In this document: positions 37,962 to 50,640 of the stretch, piece by piece
How positions within the stretch are numbered: the stretch's first letter is position 1
Layout: the number at the start of each line of letters is the position of its first letter
DNA from: Lama guanicoe
Lineage: Eukaryota
Length of the DNA stretch: 64,000 nt
Assembly: GCA_013239625.1 (NCBI GenBank)
Contig: MU056050.1
Span: 1,412,084 to 1,476,083, forward strand
Direction: 5' to 3'
The notes under the pieces: model-generated
Databases searched by the model: none
Told to the model about the DNA's origin: nothing
What the model saw: only the letters and a program-made list of their open reading frames with translations
Program-made: the position numbers and the translations under genes

Positions 37962-38699
37962 TATACTGTGAAATAGGTTTTGTTGCCAGCCTAAGATTCC
38001 ATATAAAGTTGCTTCCTACTTAAGCTCTTTCCATTAAATTCCACCTCATTCCATAAATTCAGTGACATGCAATTTCCCATGAGTACCACATTGGTCTTCT
38101 CTGAGTAGTTCAGCTCAAGTATACCATCCTAGGAATTTCATTTTCATGGGAGAATTACAATTATCCTCTGCCCCATCCAGACTCTAATCATAAGTATTCT
38201 TTTCCACTAAAGTTAAGTCTTTGGGGGACAAACAGGCTTCATAACAGCACAATCATACATAGAGACCAATAGTATCTTCAGATGTTCCTCGAAATCAAAA
38301 CATTGAGGCCAAAAGCTGGTATCACTGAAGATGTGGTAGGACTTATACTTAGAGACTAGGAATCTTCTTTAAGCAGGATAAACAAACACATTCAAATGTG
38401 GGCCAATCTAAATTAAAGAATCAAAAAGTCCTAAACCACTGATCTTCCTTTTTTTTCTGGAAAAGCAACAACAAAATGTTAAAGTAGTTTGCAAAGCAAA
38501 AGGGAGACAAGGCTGGATTGGGAGTAGCCTGAATTTCCGGAGTTCATATTCACTAGTGAGTTCCAACTCATTTGGAACCAACTGACTCCAAATTAAAACA
38601 TTTATTTTATATATCAGAGTAGAAGAAAGTTTAAAAAATGTTAATACCTAGGGGAGAGGAGGATGTGGAGAAATAAGATACAAGATAGACTAGCTGTGA

Positions 38700-39200
38700 G
38701 GGTTTACATTGGTACAGTATTTAAGGAGGTTAATTCAGCAATAATTATCAGAAGTTTGTAAAATGGGCATATCTTTTAATGCAGGCAGTTGATGCCTAGG
38801 AAGTTTTCCTATTGGAATTATAAGTATAGGTTTAGATATAGATATTCAGTGTAATTGTCTACAATTGTGAAAAAACCAGAAGCAGTCCAAATGCTCATCA
38901 TTAGGCAGTTAAAGAAATTATGATACATCCATTAATTTAATGCCATGGGACCATTAAAATAACTATGATATCTATTTTTTATGCACTCACATAGAAAGAT
39001 GCCTAAAACATATGTGAAAAGTTCTATTTATGTAATAATGTATATAATGTGAAAAGTTCTGTTTATGTAACAATGTATATAGTATAATCCCATTGTTTTG
39101 GTTAAAAATACCTGAAATATATAAATATAAATATGTATCAATGTACATATACTACATAGGAAAAATTTTGAGAAAAATATGTTTATCACCCATGGTCTCC
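38700..39200 (+). mobile_element. Old L1ME-like 3' remnant
   Basis: CCAGAAGCAGTCCAAATGCTCATCATTAGG..TTAAAGAAATTATGATACATCCAT..GTATATAGTATAATCCCATT. Confidence 0.65.
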
Positions 39201-40634
39201 CTACAGGTCCATGCACCTTACATACATTTAAGAAACCTGCCATACCAACTTTCCTAGTAAGTTTGGCATTGCACCTTTTTTGCAGGTGAGAACTATTTTC
39301 CTCTGTTTTCCCTTTCCAAACCATGCACACTCTAGTATTTTCAGAAGTAAAAGTCCTATTTTTTTCTTTCCAAAATTTTAATAGATATTAGCACCAATAT
39401 ACACTTTCATCCATAAAGTGTCTACTATATGCTAAGGTAGAAATAATACAGTAAAAATATTGTTTTTTATCCAAATATCCTGCACATAATGACATATACT
39501 TTATATATATGTAAGTTATATAACTCTTATGTTGAGGAATATTTTAAGATATTCATAGCCAGCTATTGGTTTAACTAAAATATATGAATTCAATAGAACC
39601 AGCCGTGGATTCTTTAACACAAATATATATCCAAATGCACCCTCCCTATAACATTTAACCTCTAGAAATCTCAGTAATTCCTTTTCAGTTAGTAGGCAGG
39701 TCCACATTTAGTAAATGGCATTTTCATTTGGGTTTATTTTTCTTTAAGGTACTCTAGATGGTACCATTAAATACTTTATAAGCTCAGTCTATTATTCATT
39801 TATACATTGTTAAACATTCTGGGATTCATTTTGTTTATAGTAATAATCACAAAAAGCCTGTTGGTTGAGTATTGAGAAAGATCTTTTCTCTGAAGGAAAA
39901 CAGTATCCTTAACATGTTATAAGATGCAGCTTAGAATATCCATATGGCAAAACTCATTTCAAGGGGAAAGTCAACTTTTTCATTCAAATTGGGTAGATTT
40001 TGGTTCATCTTGGGGGAAAAAAACAGATCTTAGAACGCTTTCACATGCATTTCCAGAACATTTCCCAAAGACAGTTTTAAGATATTTTTTAAAGAAATGT
40101 ATTTCATGCTTGAAGTTAACTTTTCAATAAGGATTATTGCTAGCTTGGAATTTAATTATCTCTTTGAGGTAGGAACATATTTTAGTAAGTTCAAAAGTAG
40201 TTTACTAATTCACGTTAATTGCTGGGAATGTGTGATGTAAGAAAACAAACAAGGTAGCTAAGAAAGTGGTCTTGTCTCCTTTATTGTAGAAAAGAAGGTA
40301 AATTAGTGTTAAATCTTTATTAAAGCATTGCAAAAGGCACAAGCAAAATTCTTGTTGCATATTTGAAAATAAAAATAGAACTTTGAAACATTACTGGCCA
40401 TTAAATCTGTGCATATCAAAGCATGACTGCCATTGTCTTATATGTAACTTAAAGGTGACTTAAAGGTTATAAGCAGGCCAAGTGGAACTAGGCCAATGTC
40501 TGCAGCTTTATTAGACTTTTTGTTAAAATATATAATATAAAATATAGCAATTCTACATGAAAATGGCTTATCCAACTATTCTACCCTTGTTAGGTTTCCA
40601 AGCACACATTTTAAAAAGCATTTTACCTTCTTAA

Positions 40635-41000
40635 TATTTATTTAACAGCTTAATTGAGATATAATTAACATATAGTAAACTGCATACATTTAAAGTGTAG
40701 ATTTTGGTAAGTTTGACATATGGATATACTATGAAACCATGACATCAAGGCAGTAAACATAGCTATCAGCCCCAAAAGTTTCCTCATTTCCATTGTAATC
40801 CCTCACTCTCCTTCCTCCCCAGTCATCTCTTCACTATCCCTAGGCAAACATTGGTCTGCTTTCTGTTATCATCAGTTAGTTTACATTTTCTAGAAACTTC
40901 AGCAAATGAAATCATACAATACGTACTCTTTGTTGTCTGGATTCTGTTTCTCGGTACTTATTTTGGATTTATCCATGTTTTAGTTTATATCAATAGTTCA
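40635..41000 (-). mobile_element. Old L1M (MC/MD-like) 3' end
   Basis: AACAGCTTAATTGAGATATAATTAACATATAGTAAACTGCATACATTTAAAGTGTA...AAATGAAATCATACAATACGTACTCTTTG. Confidence 0.8.
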
Positions 41001-41099
41001 TCCCACACACACACCATTTTCTTGCCTTGCATAAAATTCTGCATAAGTTTTTACCTGTTTAATTCAGATAGTATACAGAGATAGAAATCTAAGATCAAA

Positions 41100-41325
41100 C
41101 TTTATTATTGAGTTATGATTAATAAATAATATCATATTAGTTTAAGGCATTTAACATAGTGGTTCCATCTTTTTATATGTTATGAAATGATTATCATGAT
41201 AAATCAAGTCACCATACAGTTATTACAGTATTGACTATATTCCCTATGCTGTAAATTACATCCCTGTGACACATTTTATAGATGGAAGTTTGTTCATCTT
41301 AATCCTCTTCATCTATTTCTTTCTA
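41100..41325 (-). mobile_element. L1 3' end fragment (laurasiatherian type)
   Basis: GTCACCATACAGTTATTACAGTATTGACTATATTCCCTATGCTGTAAATTACATCCCTGTGAC. Confidence 0.75.
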
Positions 41326-43348
41326 TTCTGTTGGTACATATTTAAAGTGTGATAATCAACCAGCTAATATAAATTGAATATTCAATTCAAAGTATCCAGG
41401 AAACATCTGAATGTTGTAGGACAAAAGCATCAGACTTTGATAAGCCATCCTGTAAACACTTTTGACCCCTCAAAAAGTGAACTTTTGTACAGATAAGTTA
41501 ATTTTTAAAAGTTACTCTTTCTTTACTGAAAATTTGCATAGCTAGTAGATTGAAAAGTCGTAATTTTCTTGTCAACCCGTGTTTTGGTTTTCTATCATGA
41601 TAAAACAGATTTTGAATTCTGTATCAGAATCCTATAGAAGTATAATATGTATAGTGGATAAAAACTTATAGGAAGAAAGAATTGTTTTCCTATGCATGAA
41701 AGCACCCTCATGTCAAAAATCGTAAGGGGGTAATTAGAGAGGGGACAAGGAAAAAGAATGCTAGAACCTTAAAGATAGAAGGGACCTTAATTGGTTACAG
41801 GGACCTGATTCTAACCACCCAGGACATATCATTATCTATTTTCTTTCTGATGTCTTCTTAAAAATAGATTGAATATACTCTGTTGTTGTCTCTCATGTTT
41901 TATCATAGTGGTATTTGAGGGGGTTTTTTCTTGTGTCTAAATAATTTCCGTTTTAGCTTATACGTATCTTTTCAGGTATCTTCCAGCATGAATCACACAA
42001 AAAAATCAGTCAGCATCTTTCTCATAGTAGCTATTCATTTTAATTGAGATGAAATGTGACTTCTTCTCTAGAACAACTCAATTTCCATATTAAATCTCCT
42101 GATAATTTAACTCTGTTACTTATTAGCTTTTACTTTTCCCAAATAATTCTCCAGACAATTTATATCTTCTTGAAAATATGATGAGCCCAAACTGCACCAA
42201 CTATTCTTATCACTATATTCCACTCTCTTTCAGCTTACTTGTTTGCTTGTGGTCTCAACTATCATATCTCTGCTTTTGGCCTCTACCTTTGATCTTCTTC
42301 ATAAGTATTAGTTTTGCATCTCCACCTGTGTCCTGGATATCATTGCTTGAATATTCCAATGTCATTCATTGGGTCTAAAGGAAAATACCTTTCCTTTTAC
42401 CCAACCCCCCCTTTTATTCAACCCTGTGGTTATATTAATAAGATTTTCATTTTCCCAGGCATCCAGGGTCATCCTGAAGGATAGGTGATGACCTCGCATG
42501 TCTTTAAAGTTTCATGGAATAAGGGCAGGGGTGAAGATGGGGGCCGTGAGATTTATACATTGAGCCAGAAAAATAACAGCTAGATCAAATCTCATCTGTG
42601 CTTTGCTACTGATGATGTATTTAGTACACTGAAAGTGGCACACCTCTTAGAAATATGTCTCAAATTGAAAACCATCTAAATTCTGACAATTATATAAGGT
42701 AGAATATTTGAGTGTGTTGATTCAAGGTAGTTTTACCAGAGAAGAGATAATAACTACAAGAAAAAAGAGAGTCTTCATTTGGAATACCTCTTCCTCCAGA
42801 TAATCATGGATCTTGGCATAATCAGCTTTTTAGATAGGCACTTTACAAAACTGTCTGTATCATTACTGACTCATGTTCTACAAAAGAGTAAAAGCAAACT
42901 TAAAAGATTTTAATTTAGCTTTGCTTTTCAATTGAGTGAATCTTTATGACATTAGAACTTTATTTCTGATATTTGGCCTATAAGGTTGGACCTTCCCCCC
43001 ACCATCTCCAATTCAGAACTTTTAAAAATAAAATTAATTTGCTTAATGCTGGTATATAAACCAATCAAAATATTTCTTAGTACCAGTCAACTGGTGGAAT
43101 GCTCAGGTGAGACTAGTTTTGGGCTTTTTTTAGCTCGGGAGAAAGGTGTGCTTTTCACATTCTGACCTGTAAACTATCAAACATCAGTTTCAAAACTTTA
43201 TTTTGAATTTGTTTTATTTCCATGCTAATGAAATTTATTATTACAAGACTTTTTGATTGGATGAAAGTTAATGTCTTTTTAGCTATAACATCCTCTATGA
43301 CCCATTTGCAGGGGAGACAGAGTACAAAGTGGGAGAGCATATTTTGGA

Positions 43349-44070
43349 CCAGTGCTTCTCAAAAGAACTGACACTAAACCCTAGAGATCATTTTGGAAAT
43401 TTGTGGGGGCAATTTTGAACCATGAAAATTGTGGGTAGTGGGCTCAACTGGCATTTAGTGAGCAGCATGCAATCAATGATCAGGAACCTCAGAAAATGGT
43501 CCTGTGTCTTGAACAACTTTTGAATGTCCTCTTAGACATTCATGTAAGTGATATTACTTGAGCTAAATGAGTATCTGAGCCTGGAAAACTACGTGAGTCT
43601 AGAACCTAACTCCATGATATATACAAACAAAGTCATTTTGATTGATTTTAATAAACAATTTTTTAAACAATGTAGCTAGCATAAACTGAGGGAATAATGT
43701 ACATTGCGTACTGGTTTGTTTAGAGCTTATCAAGACCTACCCATCATTCATAAAATTACATAGTATTTGAATTGGCAATTCAAAATTCCTGAATTGGTTT
43801 GCTTTTTTAGCTGTCATATTTGTGGGGATGCTGTTTTACAGGTGCAACTGTTGAACTGCTTCATTGTGTTATCTTTGGTAGTTGAGTCCAAGTAACTACA
43901 TATTGAAACATGTTTTTTTATATTTTAAAAATTCTCTAAGTTATATATGAGGTATTGAGTTCTTAATTATGCATCCACATAGGTTATATTAACTATGAAC
44001 TCAATTTCAACATATTAAGGGAGATGTCATGACATGTTTGTTATAAAAATAAATTCATTAGATCTGAGCT
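43349..44070. mobile_element. MER20B-like hAT element
   Basis: CAGTGCTTCTCAA...ACTGGCATTTAGTG...ACTTTTGAATGTCC..GACATTCATGTAAGTGA..TCTGAGCCT..TAGAACCTAACTCC. Confidence 0.7.
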
Positions 44071-44499
44071 CATTGGAATTGTTTTATAATGAAGATTGAG
44101 TATGAGAATATTGTGTCCTGTAGAGATAATTTAAACTATCTGTGAAATTGAAGTAATAATAGTATCTACTCCATTGTGATGTTGTTGTAAGGATTTCATG
44201 CATGTATACTATGCATGTAAAACACTAATTATAGTGTCTGTTACACAGAAAATACTTAATAAAAATAGGTTGTTAGCAGAAGTAGTAGCAGTGTCATGAG
44301 TTTATCATCTCTGATAATTTATGTCATACTTCTTGGAACATAAATAATACATATGGTATAGAATATATATTCCATTTGACATGGTTGAACAGCTATCCTC
44401 CCTAAACACTTTAATTTTGCTTGTAGATCTTAAAAGCTTTTGAATTTTCTCTCATCTCATGATCTGATCCTTTTTACTCTCCTTTTCTCATTACCCTCA

Positions 44500-45680
44500 T
44501 CCCCATAACCTCTTAACTTTGGAGTCTCTCAAGGTTCAGGGCTGGGACATCTTGTCTTCCCTAAGCACAGTCACTCTGTTGAGTGACTCATCCTGCCCCA
44601 ATGGCTTTATACAATATCTACATATCAATGAGTCCTGAATCCATACATGTGTCCAACTAGGAACACTTTCCTGAACTCCAGCCTCATATATACAACCGTG
44701 AAGTTGCTGTCTTTGCTTGTATATCTAATATGTATCTAAAAGTTAAGATGTCTAAAACCAGATTCCTAATATCTCCTCATGTAAAAATAATTTTCTTTCT
44801 ACTATTATTATCTTTCCTATTATTGAATCTGTACTTCTAGGTACTTAGGAAAAATCCTGGAAACACTCTTAAGTCCTCTTTCACTCACATCCTATAAGCC
44901 AGTCTATCAGTAAATCCTCTTGTTGGCTCTACTCTCAAAAAATATCTTGATTGTAATCATTGTCACCACCTCCACTGCTGCCACCCTCTTCTAAATCACC
45001 ATCATCTCAGGCCTGGATGATTACAATATCACTCTAACTGTTCTTTCTTTCACCCTTGCTCTTCATCTCCATTCTACTCACACAACATAATAGCCACATT
45101 CATCCTTTTAAAACATGAGCACTCTAGTGGCAGCCCGTATTGCTCAGAGTAAATGCCAAAGCTGTACAATGGCCTATAAATTCCTAAATAATATGGCTTT
45201 CTGTTATATTAACAACCTCATCGTTTGCTACTGTTCCACTTGTTCTCTTACTCCAATTTCCCTGATCTTGGTGCTGATCCTGGAAAATCCTCCTACTCAA
45301 GGGCCTTTGCACAATGCTTCCTCTACCTGTAACTTTGTTTCCCCAGTTATCTGTATGGCTTGCTTCTTCATCTTCTTAAGATATTTGCTCCAATATCAAA
45401 AGCTTTCAGTGAGTTCTTTCCTCACCACCCTATTCAAAGTTGAACACACCCATCTCAGCACTCATTATTCCCTTATCTGATTATTTTTTGCTCTGTAACA
45501 CTAACCACCAATATACTATATAATTTACCTGTTTATTTTATTTATTGCCTGTCTTTCTCTACTAGAATCTGAGGACCACAGGACAGAAATTTGTCTTCTT
45601 TTAAATTCATTTCTATATCCCCTGCACCTAATTTTTGGCACTTAGTAGGCACTTAGCAAATATTTATCAAATAAATGTAT
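44500..45680 (+). mobile_element. L2a 3' ~1.2 kb
   Basis: TGACTCATCCTGCCCCAATGGCTTTA, CCTGAACTCCAG, CACCATCATCTC..CCTGGATGATTACAAT and CAAGGGCCTTTGCAC; ends TGGCACTTAGTAGGCACTTAGCAAATATTTATCAAATAAATG. Confidence 0.88.
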
Positions 45681-46442
45681 AAATATTCTGCCTTTTTGTT
45701 AACAAATGACTAAACAGAGCATGACGGATATATCACCTCTTCCATGATGCTAACATTCTTTACATATATAATTTTAGGGAATTTTTTCATTTAGAATTAC
45801 TGATGTATGTACATCTATTTGCTGCATAAAGCAAAACAAACTAAAAGTGAAACCCAGTGCTTTTATAAAGTACTTTAAAACAGAAGTACACAAAATTGTT
45901 TCACATCTATTTTTTCGCATGAACCTAACAATCTTGAGTAGTACACAAGGTACAGAATATTATGTTCATTTAACTGATAAGGAAACAGTTACAGAAAATA
46001 AGTGATTAGCCAAGGAACCTGTGTCTTTTCATTTCTAATCACTCTACTTTCCCTATTAGAGCTGTATGTGCACTTTTATCTATGATTCTGTGCATGCACG
46101 CTTACTGGAGCAACTCTTTAGATGCATTCAATTGGCCATTTAATCCATAATTAATTATGACAGACAATTCACTTAGTATTTTTATTGTGGAATGGAAAAA
46201 TGTGGCCAAGTTGCTTTAACATGGCTAACCTTTTTTGTATGGACTTGTCATTAGCACTACATCGATGGTATTCATGGAATCTGCATCATAGCATTGGAAG
46301 ACAAAATCATGTCTTCTCCATGTTTTGTTAATCCATATCACCCATAAGATATTTTTGTGTGGTAGGAGCTTAATAAATAAGCGTTGGTGATAGATGAAAG
46401 CCCCAGTGAGTACAAATAGATTATGACAGTGTAACTCTTCTT

Positions 46443-46533
46443 GTCTACGGCCACACCACCCTGAATGCGCCCGATCTCGCCTGATCTCGGAAGCTAAGCA
46501 GGGTCGGGCCTGGTTAGTACTTGGATGGAAGAC
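46443..46533 (+). pseudogene. 5S rRNA pseudogene, nt 1-91 only (3'-truncated, tailless retrocopy)
   Basis: 87/91 identical to the recalled mammalian 5S rRNA from GTCTACGGCC to GGATGGaAGAC; last ~30 nt and the T-terminator are absent; 18-bp TSD GACAGTGTAACTCTTCTT (46425-46442) / GACAATGTAATTCTTCTT (46531-46548). Confidence 0.95.
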
Positions 46534-47734
46534 AATGTAATTCTTCTTTCCTAACCTCTTCCTGTAATAGTAATAATTGTAGGATACAATATCAGTTTTC
46601 AAATGAAATACCCCCAAAGAATGCATCTTCAATAGATATTCTAGCCATTGCTTTAAATATATGATGTGATCTTTGGGGAAATAAGAGATCCAATTGATGA
46701 TAGCATATAATGATACCAAATGTCAACAAAGTTACATGAAAGGTATATATAATCTCAAGGCACAATGGAAAGGTAATAAACACTTGGGGATATTTTACCT
46801 CTGGATAAATAATTTTTAAAAGTATCTGATCATAAGGATCTGCTAAAGTAAAATAGAACATAGGCACTATCATTTGATTAATCATTAATCTGATACCTGT
46901 GTACTGTGTGTTAAAAGAATATGTTTTCAAGATGAGCCCAAAGAACCTGAAATTAGCAATTATAAGGTCAACTAATATTTGATAAGGGAACCAGGAACAT
47001 CCAGGGGGGAAAGGATAGTCCCTAAAGGATAGCACTAAGAATTAACAGACATCATTTGGATAGCATTTTTACCCAGACAGGTAATATAGACCCATAAAAC
47101 ACCAGTGGTTATTGTTTCATCCCCAATTTTTGTGAGGCTAAGGGGACAGTCAATGATATTCTCTATTGTTTGTTGCCTATGTGACTATTAATATGGGAGA
47201 GGATAATTTTATTTTACTATCTGGTGAATACAAACCACATATTTAGTAATGAGGGAAGAGAAACACTGAAAGGTTGATTTGTACGTATTATAAAATTCAG
47301 GGTGCTCACTGGGAAAAGGGCTATTTCCAATGAGATATTTTCATTTATGAAAGATAAGATGGAGTATGGTATTGGTATTTAAAACCATTAACCTAAAAAC
47401 TAAATGAACTTGTCCTTTTATTATATATCCAGGGCTGAATTCTTAATGTAAATGTTAAAATGGTCATTACTAAGATTTGATACACTGATTTCATATTTGA
47501 GATGTCACCACAGATCCATGTTCTATAGTTATAAATTGATCATACTTCTAGAGAATTAATTTATGTTTTGTAGAAAGGCATTGGATATTCCTCCATTTAG
47601 AGGTGATGTTATTTGATTTCTTGTAATGGTCCATCTACTAAGTAGTGAGATAACTTTTGTTAATAGGGGCTTATAGTGTCAACATAGCAAGGAACATTTC
47701 ATGTGGCTGTTTTCAGCATAGACATATTCTTAGA

Positions 47735-50640
47735 GCAATAATTCCACTTGGTTATAATGTATAATTCTTTCAATATGATACTGAATTTGTTTTACTATTA
47801 TTTTGTTGAGAATGTTTGCATCAGGTCTGTAGTTTCTCTTAGTGTCTTTGGCCTTGATATGAGGGTAATGCTGGTCTCAGATTAAGTTCAGAAGTGCTTC
47901 CTCCTCAATTTTTTGGAAGAGTTTGAGAAGGACTAATATATCTTCTTTAAGTATTTGGTAGAATTCATCAATGGATTCACATAGTCCAAGGATTATCTTT
48001 GTTGGGATTTTTTAAATTATTATTACTAATTAAATTTTTTACTAAGTATAGGTTTATTCAGAGTATCTATTTCTTTATGAGTCAGTCTTGATAGGTTGTG
48101 TATATCTAAGTATTTGTTCATTTCATCTTGATTATCCAATTTGTTGGCACATAAGTATATATACCTTTCTATTACAGTCCTTTTGATTTCTTTAAAATGG
48201 GTCGTAGTGTTCCTAATTTCATTTTGAATTTTAATAGAGTTTCTTCTCTTTTTTCTTAAGCTAGTTAAAGGTTAATCAATTTTGCTGATCTTTACAAAGA
48301 AATAACTTCTGGTTTCATTGATTTTCCTCTATTGTTTTTCTATTCTCTATTTTCATTCAAATAATTATTATTTCCTTTATTCTAACTTTGGTTTGTTCTT
48401 CTTTGTCTAGTTCCTTAAGGTATAAAGTTAGATTATTTATTTGATACCTTTCTTCATTTTTAACATAAGCATTTACAGCTATAAATTTCCCTCTTACTAT
48501 TTATGCTGCATTACATGAGTTTTAGTATATTGTATTTTTGTTTTCATCTATATCAAGATATTTTCTAACTTCTCTTGTGATTTCTTCTTTGACCATTGAT
48601 TACTTAAGTGTGATTGTTTAAGTGTGTTAAATTTCTACATATTTGAATTTTTCAGTTTTCTTCTGTCATTGATTTCTAGTTTCATTGCATTATGATTAGA
48701 AAAGATACTTTGTATGATTTAAATCTTTTGAAATTTATTAACTTGTCTTCTAGCCTATGATATGGTCTATCCTGGAGAATGTTCCATGTGTACTTGAGAA
48801 AACATGTGTATTCTGCTATTGTTATGTGGAGTGTTATATATATGTGTGTTAGGTATAATTGGTTTATGACACTTTCATCTCTTCTGTTCCTTATTGATCA
48901 TCTATCTGGATGTTTTATCTTTTAGTGAAAGTGAGATATTAAAGTCTGAAACTATTATTGTAGAAATGCCTTTCTCTCACTTTAGTTCTGTCAATGTGTG
49001 TGTCATATATATTGGAGTTCTGATGTTTGGTTTATGTTTATAATTATTATATCTTCTTAGTTAATTGACTCATTTATCAATATATTAGGCCCTTTTTATC
49101 TCTTTAGCAGTTCCAGAGATGCAGCATATTATGTTTGATGTTAGTATATCCATCTTTGCCCTCTTTTGGCTACTATTTGCATATATGTTTCTATCCTTTC
49201 ACTTTCAATCTATTTGTGTCTTTATATTTAAGGTGATTATCTTATAAACCCCATATAATTGGATCATGAGTTTTGTTTTTTAGCCATTTTACCAATCTAT
49301 AACTTTTAAGTGGGGAGTTGTTAGTCCCTATATATTTAAAGTAAATAATGATAAAGATGGGCTTACTTTTAACATTTTGTTATTTGTTTTCTATATTTCA
49401 TATTTTTTTGTTGTTGTTCCCCATTTCCTCTATTATCCATTCTGTGGGTTTATTGATTTTTTAGTGAGATGTTTAGATTCCCTTATTTTCTTTTGTGTAC
49501 AGTCTATAATTATTTTCTTTATGGTTACCATGGGGCTTAATATATAACAGCTTCAAGTTATAACAACATAATTTGTATTGATACCAACCTAACTTCAATT
49601 ACATATAAAACTACTCATTTATAGCTCTCTCATCACTTTGTTATCGATGTAACAAATTGCATCTTTATACACTATGTATTCATTATCATAGGTTATAATT
49701 ATTTTTATACCTTTGTCTCTTAAATCCTGTAGAAAATCAATAATGAAGTTACAAACTAAAAGTGCAATAATAGTTTTTATATTTGTCTATGTATTTAAGT
49801 TTACCAGAGATATTTATATCTTTATATGGCTTTGAGTTACTGTTCAGTGTCTATTTCAACTTCAAGGATTCCCTTAAGCACTTCCTATAGAGCAGGTGTA
49901 GTGGTAATGGATTCCCTTGGCTTTTGTTTATCTGAGAAGTGCTGATTTCTCTCTCATTTTTGAAGGACATTTTGCTGGATATAGAATTCTTTGTTGAGAG
50001 TTTTTTTCTTCTTTAAGCACTTCAAATATATCCTTATATTGCTTTCTGGTTTATGCTTATAAATCAGTTAATAATCTTATTGAGAATTCCATTTATGTGA
50101 CAAATCATTTCTCTCTTGTGCTTTTAAGATATTCTCTTCATCTTTGGCTTTTGACAGTTTTATTATAGTGTCTCTTGGTGTGAGTCATTCTGGATTTCTC
50201 CTACTTTTATTAAGCTTCCTGGATTTGTAAATTCGTATCTCTCCCCAGATTTGGGAAATCTTTGGCCAATATTTCTTGAAATAATCTCTTTGTCCCATTC
50301 TCTTTCTCTTTTCCTTCTGGGACTTCCTTAAAGCATACAATGGTCCTTCTGATGGCATCCCAAATGTCTTTTTGGCTCTGTCACTTTTCCTTACTTTCTA
50401 ATCATTCTGCTCCTTGGACATAATTTTGATTATCCTGTGTTCAAGGTAAATGATTCTGTATTCTGTTGACTAAAATCTACTATTAAACCCCTTTACTGAA
50501 ATTTTCAATTAAGTTATTCTATTTTTCACTTCTATGATTTCTGTTTGATTCCTTTTTATAATTTCTACCACTTTGTAGTTATTCTCATTTTTTCATATAT
50601 CATTTTGCTGATATCTTTTAATTATTTTCCTTTTTTAGCT
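47735..50640 (-). mobile_element. Old degenerate L1M: ORF1, inter-ORF and N-terminal part of ORF2
   Basis: TATGGTCTATCCTGGAGAATGTTCCATGTGTACTTGAGAA (endonuclease), TTGAAGGACATTTTGCTGGATATAGAATTCT and CCAGATTTGGGAAATCTTTGGCCAATATTTC (ORF1), GGTAGAATTCATCAATG (upstream of RT). Confidence 0.9.

Noticed and set aside
46443..46533. Functional 5S rRNA gene
   Set aside because: Lacks the 3' ~30 nt and terminator, is solitary and is TSD-flanked.
46225..46719. 164-aa minus-strand ORF
   Set aside because: The FHPSTNQARPCLASEIRRDRAHSGWCGR segment is antisense 5S rRNA; the rest is unrecognisable, so a chance ORF.
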